Positions 26,323 to 36,093 are shown, numbered from the stretch's first letter. The stretch: 64,000 bases of DNA from Verrucomicrobiia bacterium (GCA_035946615.1 DASYZB010000161.1:6881-70880); one strand, 5' to 3'. Notes: generated by a model from the letters alone, not told the origin. Program-made: numbers and translations.

Positions 26323-26912
26323 TGCAAAAAGCCAATATGCTTCAGCTCACAACTCCTTTAACAGAACAGGCGGTTCGCTCTCTCAAGGTGGGCGACCAAG
26401 TGGCCATCACCGGGCGGCTGTTTACCGGGCGCGATGCGGTCCATAAGTATTTGCATGAAGGAGGCAAACTGCCGCCAGATGTGAAGCTGGCGGGGGGCAT
26501 CCTGTACCATTGCGGCCCTGTGATTATCAAAGACGAGCTGGGCGACTGGAAATGTGTCGCCGCCGGGCCGACCACTTCGATACGCGAGGAACCCTACCAG
26601 GGCGAGATCATCCGCCAGTTCGGGTTGCGGGGGGTTATCGGCAAAGGAGGCATGGGGGACCGAACTCTGGCCGCCTGCAAGGAGCACGGCTGTGTGTACC
26701 TGCATGCAGTCGGCGGGGCCGCCCAGGTGCTCGCCCAATGCATCAAGCGCGTGCCCAATGTGTATTTCCTCGAACAGTTCGGATTCCCCGAAGCTATCTG
26801 GGAGTTCGAGGCAGCAGGATTTCCGGCGGTGGTTACCATGGACGCCCAAGGCCATTCCTTGCACAAGGAAGTCTTCGACGCCAGCCAAAGAGAATTGGCA
26901 AAATACGTTTAG
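26322..26912 (+). CDS. Fe-S hydro-lyase beta subunit (class I fumarate hydratase / tartrate dehydratase type)
   Basis: ATG 26322 overlaps the alpha-subunit stop (TGATG). [21 protein letters not shown]...ILYHCGPV...GKGGMGD match the beta/C-terminal swivel domain. Confidence 0.85.
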   Translation: MQKANMLQLTTPLTEQAVRSLKVGDQVAITGRLFTGRDAVHKYLHEGGKLPPDVKLAGGILYHCGPVIIKDELGDWKCVAAGPTTSIREEPYQGEIIRQFGLRGVIGKGGMGDRTLAACKEHGCVYLHAVGGAAQVLAQCIKRVPNVYFLEQFGFPEAIWEFEAAGFPAVVTMDAQGHSLHKEVFDASQRELAKYV

Positions 26913-26922
26913 TTCCCCCAGC

Positions 26923-27369
26923 ATGAGAATCCTCTTCCTCAACGGCCCCAACCTCAACCTCCTCGGTCAACGCGAGCCCGGTATCTATGGCCACACCAGC
27001 CTCGAGGAAATCGAGGAAAAGGTCCGCCAACGGGCTAAGGCTCTCGGGGCTGAAATCGAGTTCTGCCAAAGCAACAGCGAGGGGGAGTTGGTGACTTGGA
27101 TTCAAAAGGCCAAGAGTGAATTCGATGTGATTGTTCTCAATGCAGCCGCCTACACCCATACGAGTGTGGCTTTGCGCGATGCAATTACCGCCGCCGGCGT
27201 GCCGACTATTGAAATCCACCTCTCCAACGTCCACGCCCGCGAGGAATTTCGACACAAATCCCTGATCGCCCCTGTCTGCGCTGGGCAGATTCTGGGCTTC
27301 GGCGCTGCCTCTTACGTTTTAGCCGTGGAAGCGGCAATTAACGTTAACGAACGCAAGATTAAGCCGTGA
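26923..27369 (+). CDS. aroQ: Type II 3-dehydroquinate dehydratase
   Basis: [23 protein letters not shown]...[14 protein letters not shown]...[16 protein letters not shown]. The upstream part of track ORF 26554.. is out-of-frame overlap with the previous gene. Confidence 0.92.
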   Translation: MRILFLNGPNLNLLGQREPGIYGHTSLEEIEEKVRQRAKALGAEIEFCQSNSEGELVTWIQKAKSEFDVIVLNAAAYTHTSVALRDAITAAGVPTIEIHLSNVHAREEFRHKSLIAPVCAGQILGFGAASYVLAVEAAINVNERKIKP

Positions 27370-27634
27370 AACGCCAGTTTTAACCATGTTTTTACCCTTA
27401 TCGAACGGCTGTCTTTTTTAATAGTTGACGCGCCTGCACCAGATCAGCTATTTTCCATCGCATATTATTAATGGGTCAAGCAGAGTCGATTTCGGCTGCT
27501 GCTTTTTTGCTTATTTGAAAGAAAGAACCGCAAGACAGAGCACTCGAATGTGGTGTAAGAATGCTCATGGCAATAACCGGCCCCCCCGGAAATGCGCCCT
27601 TTCACCGCAAAAACCCTGTAATTAAACTAGTGCC

Positions 27635-28108
27635 GTGGACCTAAAAGACGACCTCAAAGACATTAAGGCCATTATTGACCTGATGCGGAAGAACTCCGTA
27701 TCGGAGTTCGAGTTGGAAAAGCAGGATTTCAAGGTCAAGATCAAGCGTGGCGCCAACGGCACCAATCCCGTCATTGCACAGGATGATTCCTCCGGCATGG
27801 CCTACATTCCACCCTCAGTTACTGCCCCTCCGCCGCCTGCCGCCGTTGCCTCGACGCCTGTCAGCAATGAGGTCGATATCAAGTCTCCCATGATCGGCAC
27901 GTTTTACCGCGCCCCTTCCCCGGAAGCGGCCCCCTACATCGAGTTAGGCTCTGAAGTCAATCCTGATACAGTGGTTTGTATCATCGAAGCGATGAAGGTC
28001 ATGAACGAGATAAAAGCCGAGGCCAAAGGCGTCATTACCCAGGCCATGGTCGAGAATGCCAAGCCGGTCGAGTTCGGCCAGCCATTATTCAAAATCAGGC
28101 CCTCTTGA
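27635..28108 (+). CDS. accB: Biotin carboxyl carrier protein of acetyl-CoA carboxylase
   Basis: GTG start. Contains a Pro/Ala linker and the biotinyl-lysine motif CIIEAMKVMNEIKAE. Confidence 0.92.
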   Translation: MDLKDDLKDIKAIIDLMRKNSVSEFELEKQDFKVKIKRGANGTNPVIAQDDSSGMAYIPPSVTAPPPPAAVASTPVSNEVDIKSPMIGTFYRAPSPEAAPYIELGSEVNPDTVVCIIEAMKVMNEIKAEAKGVITQAMVENAKPVEFGQPLFKIRPS

Positions 28109-28153
28109 GGACGCCAGCATCCCACCTACCCCCACCGCTGTCGCCTAAATAGC

Positions 28154-29536
28154 ATGTTCGAAAAAGTCCTGGTCGCAAATCGCGGGGAAATAGCCGTCCG
28201 CATTATCCGGGCCTGCAAGGAACTCAACATCCGGACGGTAGCGATTTATTCGGAGGCAGATGCCAACTCGATGCACGTGCAACTGGCAGACGAAGCCATT
28301 TGCATCGGAAAGGCACCCGCCAACGAAAGTTATTTGCGCATCGACCGCATCGTCAGCGCCGCCGAGATAGCGGATGTCGATGCCATCCACCCCGGATACG
28401 GTTTTCTGGCCGAGAACGCCCATTTTGCGGATGTGTGCGAGAGCTGCAACATTCGCTTTATAGGGCCTAACTCGCGGGCCATGAACGCTTTGGAAGATAA
28501 GGCCGTCAGCAGGGCTTTGGCCAAAAAGGCCGATGTCCCCACCCCTCCTGGCTCAGAAGGGGTGGTCGAGAATGAGCAAGAGGCTCTGGGTGTAGCCAAG
28601 CGCATCGGCTATCCTGTGATGATCAAGGCGGTCGCTGGGGGTGGAGGCCGGGGCATGCGGGTTGCTCACAACGATATCTCTCTTGTAAAAGGGTTCCACA
28701 CCGCCCGCAATGAAGCCGAGAAGGCCTTCGGCAACTCGGGTGTTTATATCGAAAAATTCATCGAAAACCCGCATCACGTCGAGTTCCAAATCCTCGGGGA
28801 CAATAAGGGGCACATCATCCACCTGGGGGAGCGTGACTGCTCAATACAACGACGGAACCAAAAGGTGGTCGAGGAATCCCCTTCGCCACTGTTGAACGGG
28901 AAGTTCAAAGATTTGCGAAAAAAAATGGGAAAGGCCGCCATTAAAATTGCCCAGGAAGCCAATTATACCAATGCCGGCACGGTCGAGTTCATCGTGGATA
29001 ACAACGGGAATTTCTATTTTCTCGAGATGAACAAGCGCATCCAGGTCGAGCACCCCATCACTGAGGAAGTGACCGGCATCGACCTGGTCCGCTATCAGAT
29101 CATGCTGGCGATGGGAGAACCGCTGCGCCTTTCCCAGGGGGACGTTCAGTTCCGGGGACACGCCATCGAATGCCGCATTAATGCCGAAGACCCCTTTGAC
29201 GATTTCCGCCCAAGCCCCGGGCGCATCGAGATGTACTACCAACCGGGCGGACGCGGAGTGCGCGTGGATAGTCACGCCTACGCCGGCTACACCATCCCTT
29301 CGGCTTATGATTCGCTCATCGGCAAGTTGATTACCTATGGCAAAGACCGCCGCGAGGCCATGGACAAAATGAGCCGCGCGTTGAGCGAGTACATGATCAC
29401 CGGCATTAAAACCACCATCTCCTTCCAGCAGGCAATCCTCCAAGACCCCAATTTCCGCCGGGGAGTTTATTCCACCACGTTCATCGAGCAGTTGCTCAGC
29501 GGCGCGCGCAGGGAATTGATTGAAGAAAAGGCCTGA
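28154..29536 (+). CDS. accC: Biotin carboxylase
   Basis: [36 protein letters not shown] with an ATP-grasp core. Canonical accB-accC pair. Confidence 0.95.
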   Translation: MFEKVLVANRGEIAVRIIRACKELNIRTVAIYSEADANSMHVQLADEAICIGKAPANESYLRIDRIVSAAEIADVDAIHPGYGFLAENAHFADVCESCNIRFIGPNSRAMNALEDKAVSRALAKKADVPTPPGSEGVVENEQEALGVAKRIGYPVMIKAVAGGGGRGMRVAHNDISLVKGFHTARNEAEKAFGNSGVYIEKFIENPHHVEFQILGDNKGHIIHLGERDCSIQRRNQKVVEESPSPLLNGKFKDLRKKMGKAAIKIAQEANYTNAGTVEFIVDNNGNFYFLEMNKRIQVEHPITEEVTGIDLVRYQIMLAMGEPLRLSQGDVQFRGHAIECRINAEDPFDDFRPSPGRIEMYYQPGGRGVRVDSHAYAGYTIPSAYDSLIGKLITYGKDRREAMDKMSRALSEYMITGIKTTISFQQAILQDPNFRRGVYSTTFIEQLLSGARRELIEEKA

Positions 29537-29616
29537 AGCAAATTAGATTTGGGATTGCGCGGCAAGTGATGATGGCATAGGTTTTTGCGCCGCGCGCGAG
29601 TTGCACAGGTTACTTT

Positions 29617-30906
29617 ATGGAAAATAATAGAGCCGAACTGACACTGGATGGAAAGAATTGTAAATTGCCGGTAATCGAGGGGAGCGAGCACGAGCGGGGC
29701 ATCGATATTTCTTCCCTGCGCAACGATACCGGGTTTATCACACTGGATGATGGGTATGCCAACACTGGCTCCTGCCAGAGCCAGATCACCTTTATCGATG
29801 GCGAGCGCGGGATTCTGCGCTACCGGGGGATTCCCATCGAAGAACTTGCTGAGAACTCCACCTTCATCGAGGTGGCTCATCTGATTATCATGGGCCGGCT
29901 GCCCAACAGCGCCGAACTGCGCCGCTTTTCCGACCTGCTCACCGACAACGAGCTGCTCAACGAAGCCATGAAACACCACTTCGAGGGCTTCCCGACCCAT
30001 GCCCATCCCATGGCCATTCTCTCGTCGATGATCAACGCCGCAAGCTGCTTTTATCCCGAACTGCTTGAAGAACAAAAGCAAAACCATTTCGAGGTCGCCG
30101 CAGCCAGGCTCCTCTCCCAGGTCCGGACTATCGCCGCGTTCGCCTACCACAAATCGCGAGGATTGCCCATTATATATCCAAAACCCGACCTGAAGTACAC
30201 GGCGAACTTCCTGCACATGATGTTCTCGCTGCCTTACCAGGATGCGGAAATCAAGCCCGAAACAGCCAAAGCCCTGGACCTGATCTTTTTGCTCCACGCC
30301 GATCACGAACAAAACTGCTCGACAGCGACAGTGCGGATGGTGGCTTCCAGCCGGGCCAACCTTTTTGCCAGCGCCGCCGCCGGGGTCTGCGCTTTGTGGG
30401 GTCCGCTGCATGGCGGGGCCAACCAGGCTGTGCTGGAAATGCTCCAGGCCATCCACGACTCCGGCGATAACGGCTCGAAATTCATTGCCGCAGCCAAAGA
30501 CAAGAACAGCGGCAAACGCCTCATGGGATTCGGCCATCGGGTCTATAAGAACTACGATCCGCGCGCCAAGATCATCAAGAAGGCCTGCGACGAGGTGCTC
30601 TCCAAGATGCACATCCAGGACCCTCTGCTAGATATCGCCAAGCACCTCGAAGAAGCCGCCCTGAGCGACCCTTATTTTGTCGAGCGCAAGCTCTATCCGA
30701 ACGTCGATTTCTACAGCGGAATCATCATGCGGGCTATCGGCATCCCGGTCGAGATGTTCACGGTCATGTTCGCCATCGGGCGCATGCCCGGCTGGATTGC
30801 CAATTATCGCGAAGTGATGGAAGCCCCCACCCGCATTTATCGCCCACGCCAGATTTATACCGGGCCCACCCTGAACCATTACATCCCACTCAAAGAGCGG
30901 AAATGA
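29617..30906 (+). CDS. gltA: Citrate synthase
   Basis: GFGHRVYKNYDPRA, LLHADHEQNCSTATVR and VDFYSGII are citrate synthase signatures. Confidence 0.95.
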   Translation: MENNRAELTLDGKNCKLPVIEGSEHERGIDISSLRNDTGFITLDDGYANTGSCQSQITFIDGERGILRYRGIPIEELAENSTFIEVAHLIIMGRLPNSAELRRFSDLLTDNELLNEAMKHHFEGFPTHAHPMAILSSMINAASCFYPELLEEQKQNHFEVAAARLLSQVRTIAAFAYHKSRGLPIIYPKPDLKYTANFLHMMFSLPYQDAEIKPETAKALDLIFLLHADHEQNCSTATVRMVASSRANLFASAAAGVCALWGPLHGGANQAVLEMLQAIHDSGDNGSKFIAAAKDKNSGKRLMGFGHRVYKNYDPRAKIIKKACDEVLSKMHIQDPLLDIAKHLEEAALSDPYFVERKLYPNVDFYSGIIMRAIGIPVEMFTVMFAIGRMPGWIANYREVMEAPTRIYRPRQIYTGPTLNHYIPLKERK

Positions 30907-30913
30907 ACCCGCC

Positions 30914-30937
30914 GGACCGCTACCGCGGTTTGGTTTT
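30914..30937 (+). terminator. Rho-independent terminator-like hairpin after gltA
   Basis: accgc-tacc-gcggt is extendable by two G-U pairs and is followed by tttggtttt. It begins 8 nt after the gltA stop. Confidence 0.4.
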
Positions 30938-31002
30938 GAGCGAATCGGCACACCTGCCAGAAAGGGCAGGCCCGGAGTACTTCTAGGCCTTAACTACCAT
31001 CC

Positions 31003-32211
31003 ATGAACATTCACGAGTTTCAAGCCAAGCAATTATTAGCCCGGCAGGGCGTCGCCCTGCCCGCGGGCGACGTGTGCGATTCCCCGGAAGCTGCCAAACG
31101 CATTGCCGAACAACTCTTTGTCCAGGGTGCGCGCATTGTGGCTGTCAAATCCCAAATCCATTCGGGCGGCCGCGGCAAAGGCGCCTTCAAAAGCGGGTTC
31201 AAGGGAGGAGTCAAAATCTGTAAAACGGCGCAAGAGGTGTTTGAGAACGCCCAAGCGATGCTTGGCAACGTGCTCGTGACCAAGCAGACCGGTCCCGAGG
31301 GCCGGCTGGTGAGCAAGTTGCTGGTGGCCCTGGCCCCCAATATCCAGAAAGAACTCTACCTGGCCGTCCTGCTGGACCGCGCCACCGCCCGCCCCGTGCT
31401 GATGTCCAGCACAGAAGGGGGAATGGACATCGAAGAAGTGGCTGCCAAAACGCCTGAAAAAATCATAAAGGAACCCATCGATCCAGCAGTCGGCATGATG
31501 CCTTACCAGGGGCGCAAAGTGGCCGCTTCCCTCGGGTTAACTGGGGATTTAATCAATCAGGCTTCAAAGCTGCTCATGGGGGTTTTTAACACCTGGTGGG
31601 AATCCGATGCCACCTTGGTCGAGATTAACCCTCTATGTATCATCCTGACTGCGGAAGGCAAATGCGCCCTCATGGCTGTCGATGCCAAGCTCTCCCTGGA
31701 CGATAGCGCCCTGTATCGCCATCCAGACCTGCAGGCCATGCGCGATTTGGCTGAGGAGGCTCCGCTGGAAACTGAGGCGAGTAAATTCAGCCTGAATTAC
31801 ATCAAGCTCGAAGGGAATATAGCCTGCCTGGTCAACGGGGCTGGCCTGGCTATGGCCACCATGGACATTATCCAGCACTTTGGCGGGCAGCCGGCCAATT
31901 TCCTCGATGTCGGCGGCGGCGCCAGTCCCGAGCAAGTTAGCGCCGCATTCCGCATTATCCTGCAGGACCCCAACGTGAAGGGGATTCTGGTGAACATTTT
32001 CGGCGGGATTATGGATTGCAACGTCATCGCCACCGGCATCGTCGCCGCTATTAAAGAGACGGGTCTGAAACTGCCGCTTGTGGTGCGGCTGGAAGGCAAT
32101 AACGTCGCCGCCGGCAAACAAACCCTCGCCGCGTCGGGGTTGACGATCATCAGCGGGGATTCGATGGCTGATGCTGCGCAAAAAGTGGTGCGAGCTGTGG
32201 CTGGGAAATAA
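31003..32211 (+). CDS. sucC: Succinyl-CoA synthetase beta subunit
   Basis: [17 protein letters not shown]..., with an ATP-grasp fold and a C-terminal [10 protein letters not shown]. Confidence 0.95.
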   Translation: MNIHEFQAKQLLARQGVALPAGDVCDSPEAAKRIAEQLFVQGARIVAVKSQIHSGGRGKGAFKSGFKGGVKICKTAQEVFENAQAMLGNVLVTKQTGPEGRLVSKLLVALAPNIQKELYLAVLLDRATARPVLMSSTEGGMDIEEVAAKTPEKIIKEPIDPAVGMMPYQGRKVAASLGLTGDLINQASKLLMGVFNTWWESDATLVEINPLCIILTAEGKCALMAVDAKLSLDDSALYRHPDLQAMRDLAEEAPLETEASKFSLNYIKLEGNIACLVNGAGLAMATMDIIQHFGGQPANFLDVGGGASPEQVSAAFRIILQDPNVKGILVNIFGGIMDCNVIATGIVAAIKETGLKLPLVVRLEGNNVAAGKQTLAASGLTIISGDSMADAAQKVVRAVAGK

Positions 32212-32216
32212 TTCTT

Positions 32217-33107
32217 ATGTCAATCCTTGTAACTCCTCAAACGCGGCTGGTGGTTCAAGGCATCACCGGCAGTTTCGGCGCGCGCCATACGCAATTAAGC
32301 CTGGCCTATGGAACGCAGGTGGTGGCAGGGGTCACTCCCGGCAAAGGCGGCCAGCTCTTTGAAAACAAAGTCCCCATCTTCGACACAGTCGCCGAGGCCA
32401 TGAAACAAACGGGCGCAACGGCTTCGGCTGTTTTTGTGCCGCCGGCCTTTGCGGCGGATGCGATACTCGAGGGGGTCGATGCCGGCCTGGACCTGGTGGT
32501 CTGCATAACCGAAGGCATTCCTGTCCGAGACATGGTCAAAGTTAAGCGGGCAATGGAAGGAAAGCGGACGCGTTTAATCGGGCCAAATTGTCCGGGCATC
32601 GTCACCCCGGGGGAGGGCAAGGACTCGATTGGGGGCTGCCGGATAGGGATTGCGCCGGGGTACATTCACAAAAAGGGCCATATCGGTGTGGTCTCGCGCA
32701 GCGGCACCCTCACGTACGAAGCGGTGTGGCAGTTGACTTGCCGCGGGGTTGGCCAATCCACTTGCGTCGGTATCGGCGGCGACCCGGTCAATGGCACGTC
32801 GCACCTGGATGTTCTGCAGATGTTCAATGCCGATCCCGAAACGCAGGGTGTTATCATGATTGGCGAGATTGGCGGGTCGGCTGAGGAAGAGGCGGCGGAA
32901 TGGGTTCAGCGGCACTGCAAGAAGCCGGTCGCCGGCTTTATTGCCGGGGCCACGGCGCCGCCGGGCCGGCGCATGGGCCACGCCGGAGCCATCGTCAGCG
33001 GCGGCAAAGGGACCGCTGCGGCCAAGATTGCAGCTTTTCGGGCCGCGGGGATCGGCGTAGCGCCGACTCCGTCGGAAATGGCAGATACACTTCTGAAAAT
33101 GATGTAA
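32217..33107 (+). CDS. sucD: Succinyl-CoA synthetase alpha subunit
   Basis: [11 protein letters not shown]..., [10 protein letters not shown] and the phosphohistidine loop [11 protein letters not shown]. Confidence 0.95.
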   Translation: MSILVTPQTRLVVQGITGSFGARHTQLSLAYGTQVVAGVTPGKGGQLFENKVPIFDTVAEAMKQTGATASAVFVPPAFAADAILEGVDAGLDLVVCITEGIPVRDMVKVKRAMEGKRTRLIGPNCPGIVTPGEGKDSIGGCRIGIAPGYIHKKGHIGVVSRSGTLTYEAVWQLTCRGVGQSTCVGIGGDPVNGTSHLDVLQMFNADPETQGVIMIGEIGGSAEEEAAEWVQRHCKKPVAGFIAGATAPPGRRMGHAGAIVSGGKGTAAAKIAAFRAAGIGVAPTPSEMADTLLKMM

Positions 33108-33128
33108 GCCGCAAAGCGGCGTTAGGCC

Positions 33129-33980
33129 GTGGGTTTAATTGATTTCATCTTGAACCTGGCAGCGCTCTCGCTATGGCTGAGCTGGCGCTCGCACCATTTG
33201 GACCCACTGGCCCGCCCTTTGCCCGTTACCCTGGTGGGCACCCTCAGACGGGCCGAGCGCCGCAGGCTGGAGGGGTGGTTGTTTTTGCCGGGATTACTTT
33301 TGCTCCTGGCCTTGCGCGCCTTGCTTTATCGGGAAATCGGCGCGCCGGCGGGGTGGAATCCAAAGTTGGATTTGGGTCCGGTCGTTCTGGCTTTTCGCAG
33401 CGACCTGTTGCTGCCAAGCCTGGCGTATTCTGCCCTGAGCTTTCTTCGGGTGGCGACGGTTTTTTATTTTTGGCTCTTGGTTTTGGTCAACCGCGGCGCT
33501 CTGCAGCCCGACCCCATCCAGAAACTGGTTCGTTTGCAACTAGGCCGCTTGGGGCGTTGGCCATGGCCAATCCAACTTGCTCTTTCGATAGGCTGGGTTC
33601 TTTTTTTATGGGTTTCCTTCCAGCCTGTGCTGGTCCGTTTGGGTGTTATCACTCCCGTCCATACCTGGGCCCATTTACTCGAACAAGGATTGTTGATATG
33701 GGCCGCGTTGCTTTTATCCCTGAAGTATCTCCTGCCGATCTTTCTGCTCCTTCACCTGGTCGCCAGTTATGTCTATTTGGGCAGCAATCCCCTGTGGGAG
33801 TTCATCTCCGCAACCGCAACTCGCCTGCTCGCCCCTCTGCGGCCACTGCCCTTGCGCTTTGCCCGGTTGGACCTTGCCCCTGTGCTGGGCGTTATTTTGA
33901 TCTTCCTGCTCCTGGATTGGATGCCGGGATTTATCATCCTTAAACTCGCCCAGCAAAACCTTTCGCTCTGGCCGCAGTAG
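33129..33980 (+). CDS. Polytopic membrane protein with YggT-like C-terminal module
   Basis: GTG start, 6-8 hydrophobic segments. The C-terminal NPLWEFISATATRLLAPLRPLPLRFARLDLAPVLGVILIFLL resembles the YggT/Ycf19 motif (NP...T.P.L.P.R...P..G.iD.sP). The overlapping ORF 33173..33943 is an off-frame artefact. Confidence 0.55.
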   Translation: MGLIDFILNLAALSLWLSWRSHHLDPLARPLPVTLVGTLRRAERRRLEGWLFLPGLLLLLALRALLYREIGAPAGWNPKLDLGPVVLAFRSDLLLPSLAYSALSFLRVATVFYFWLLVLVNRGALQPDPIQKLVRLQLGRLGRWPWPIQLALSIGWVLFLWVSFQPVLVRLGVITPVHTWAHLLEQGLLIWAALLLSLKYLLPIFLLLHLVASYVYLGSNPLWEFISATATRLLAPLRPLPLRFARLDLAPVLGVILIFLLLDWMPGFIILKLAQQNLSLWPQ

Positions 33981-33991
33981 CGCCATGCCTG

Positions 33992-35041
33992 ATGCCGTCC
34001 CTTGCGCGACTGGTCTTTGACCGCAGCCAATTTCCCGAGAATGTCCGGCGAGACTTGATCGAGTCGCTGGGGCGCCGGGAAATAAACCACAAATTCCATT
34101 ACGACAGCGTGAAGCAGGGGCAGAAATGGCTGGCCCTGTACCAGGCCTGCTCTCCCGCGCGAAACGACCCGGATTGCGCGGCCATTTATGACCGGAGCTT
34201 CATCGCCACCGCGAATCGGGTTGAAGCAAAACCCCTGCATGTGATTGGCCTGGGCTGCGGTGGCGGCCAAAAGGACTCGCGCCTTCTTCAGCTTGTCTCA
34301 GAGTCCATGAAGGAGCTCTTTTACACACCCTGCGATGTGAGCAGCGCCTTGGTTTTGACTGCATACCAAAGCGCCATCCAAATCATCCCTGAGAACAACT
34401 GTTTGCCCTTGGTTTGCGACCTCGCAACGGCTGAAGAATTGCCCGCAACGCTTCAGCAAGCGTTTGGCCTGCGCTTTTCGACCGCTGCCCAACGCACCGA
34501 ACCGGCTCGCCTGTTCACGTTTTTCGGCATGCTCCCGAATTTTGAGCCGGGCGTTATCCTGCCGCGGCTCTCGGGCCTGTTGCGAGCGGGAGACGGCCTG
34601 CTGCTCAGCGCCAACCTGGCGCCGGGCGCTGATTACTTGGCCGGTGTTCAACGCGTCCTGCCGCAGTACGATAACGCGCTGACCCGCGATTGGCTCATGA
34701 CGTTCCTGCTCGATCTCGGTGTGGAACGGAACGACGGCCAGTTACGGTTCGCAATTGAGGACAGCACCGAGAGCGGGGGCGCAAAACGCATTACGGTCTT
34801 CTTTGATTTTCACCGGCAGCGGCGCATCGTGGTGGACGCCCACGCTTTCGAATTCAAGCCGGGCGAATCGATTCGGCTATTTTTCTCCTGGCGCCACACC
34901 CCCGAGCTGGTGCGCTCATGGCTTGCGCGACACGGGCTGAAGGTGCTCGAGCACTGGACCACCCAGTCACAGGAGGAGGGGGTTTTCCTTGCGACAAGGC
35001 CGAAGCCGCACGAAGGGCCTTGGATTGCGGCAGTCCTCTAA
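33992..35041 (+). CDS. EgtD-like SAM-dependent methyltransferase (Methyltransf_33 architecture)
   Basis: It is colinear with EgtD landmarks as I remember them. These are KFHYDS, the SAM loop VIGLGCGGGQKDSRLL, YTPCDVS, RLFTFFGMLPNF, GDGLLLSANL and the C-terminal FKPGESIRLFFSWRHTPELVRSWLARHGL..W. Confidence 0.55.
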   Translation: MPSLARLVFDRSQFPENVRRDLIESLGRREINHKFHYDSVKQGQKWLALYQACSPARNDPDCAAIYDRSFIATANRVEAKPLHVIGLGCGGGQKDSRLLQLVSESMKELFYTPCDVSSALVLTAYQSAIQIIPENNCLPLVCDLATAEELPATLQQAFGLRFSTAAQRTEPARLFTFFGMLPNFEPGVILPRLSGLLRAGDGLLLSANLAPGADYLAGVQRVLPQYDNALTRDWLMTFLLDLGVERNDGQLRFAIEDSTESGGAKRITVFFDFHRQRRIVVDAHAFEFKPGESIRLFFSWRHTPELVRSWLARHGLKVLEHWTTQSQEEGVFLATRPKPHEGPWIAAVL

Positions 35042-35046
35042 GAACG

Positions 35047-35155
35047 TGTTTTGAAAATGGCCGGCTCCCTCTCCTCCTCGTCCTCGATTTTTCAGGTCTT
35101 TCGAGAACGAGGACGACCAGGAGGACAAGGACTAATGGCGGCAATTCGCCCCTAC
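35047..35155. repeat. Interspersed hairpin repeat, family 1, copy A
   Basis: It fills the convergent gap 35042-35151. The stem pairs cctcctcgtcctcg (35073-35086) with cgaggacga-cca-ggagg (35108-35124). It is ~75 percent identical by eye to 49608-49722. Confidence 0.7.
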
Positions 35156-36093
35156 TGCCCTCGGAAGGCGCTTAGCGTTTCCAGCACGGCGCGTGTCCGG
35201 GACACTTCGTGAGTGCGGAACATATCGGTTTTGCCCAGCGCGGCGAGCGCAGCAAAGAACGGTTCGGCGCAACGGACTTCCTCGGCGAAATACTCGAAGG
35301 CATGGGGCAGTGCGTGACAGATTGGATAGCCCAGCGCGCGCAGGCGGAAGGTGTTTAAAAAGACGGACATTTGGTGGCGAATTCGCACCGCGCTATCCTG
35401 CAAATTGCGGTAATAAAACCCAAGACCCGGGTCCAGAATGATTTTTCCCACATCGCACCGGATGGCGCGCTCGATTTGACGCGCAAAATAATCCCGCATC
35501 AGGCCGATGGGATCGCCGCTGAAATCGAAATCGCCGACCTCACGCGCATTTCTTCCCTGCACATAACAAAGAATGATTGCCGCATCATGGGCCGCTGCCG
35601 CGCGCAGGAGTTCCTCATCGGGGTCGGTGCCCGTCAGATTTAAGACCTGAGCCCCAGCTTCAAGGCAAGCTTGGCCGACGTTCGAGTGATAGGTCTCGGC
35701 CGAGACGGTGATCCCGGCCTGACGTATAGACCTAATCACTGGAATGAGCATCGCCGACTGGGCGGCATCTCCGGTCCGCGCCGCGTGGTCCAGGGTAGAT
35801 TCAGCCCCTACATCCATAATGTCTGCCCCTTGGGCCTTCAGCACCATGGCTCGCCGAAGCGCGCTCTGGGTCGTCAGGCACACGCTCTCTCGGTACCACG
35901 AGTCAGCCGACAGATTAATGACCCCCATGATCGCCGGGCCTGAGTTAAAGGCGAACATCTGGCCGCCTATCGAGAACTCTTTTACCCGGGCCCCCGCGGC
36001 GTCGCGGTTTTTGTCCAGCAACTCAGCAAGATATTCCAATGTGAGCAATCCACCGGCGGAATAGAGGGTTTCCAAAGAAAAGTCAATCGCCAC
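35152..36093 (-). CDS. Divergent dihydropteroate synthase-like pterin-binding protein
   Basis: GTG start. It aligns by eye to the DHPS TIM barrel: MGVINLSADS / GADIMDVGAEST / VSAETY / VLNLTG / ILDPGLGF / MFRTHEV. The DHPS loops DSFSDGG, STRPG and SRK are replaced (see finding). Confidence 0.6.
   Translation of the reverse strand: MAIDFSLETLYSAGGLLTLEYLAELLDKNRDAAGARVKEFSIGGQMFAFNSGPAIMGVINLSADSWYRESVCLTTQSALRRAMVLKAQGADIMDVGAESTLDHAARTGDAAQSAMLIPVIRSIRQAGITVSAETYHSNVGQACLEAGAQVLNLTGTDPDEELLRAAAAHDAAIILCYVQGRNAREVGDFDFSGDPIGLMRDYFARQIERAIRCDVGKIILDPGLGFYYRNLQDSAVRIRHQMSVFLNTFRLRALGYPICHALPHAFEYFAEEVRCAEPFFAALAALGKTDMFRTHEVSRTRAVLETLSAFRGQ

Noticed and set aside
25469-26446. 325-aa same-strand ORF in an alternative frame overlapping the fumarase alpha subunit. 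Likewise 33173..33943 (256 aa) overlaps the YggT-like gene, 22420..23199 lies inside the helicase-nuclease gene, and 54364..55065 lies inside the membrane protein.
   Set aside because: The off-frame translations are Ser/Arg/Pro/Ala-rich and low-complexity. Stop-free alternative frames are expected at this GC content. There is no independent start context or domain signal.
29467-30612. 381-aa ORF antisense to citrate synthase. Similar long antisense ORFs occur at 36922..37986 (354 aa, opposite ABC-F), 19427..20470 (347 aa, opposite PQQ-DH), 5134..6042 (302 aa, opposite GT-B), 3359..4051, 17518..18246, 39091..39732 and 53513..54175.
   Set aside because: These are typical shadow ORFs of GC-rich genes with strong codon bias. 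Their translations are Arg/Gly/Ala/His-rich with no recognisable motifs. Each lies entirely within a well-supported gene on the other strand.
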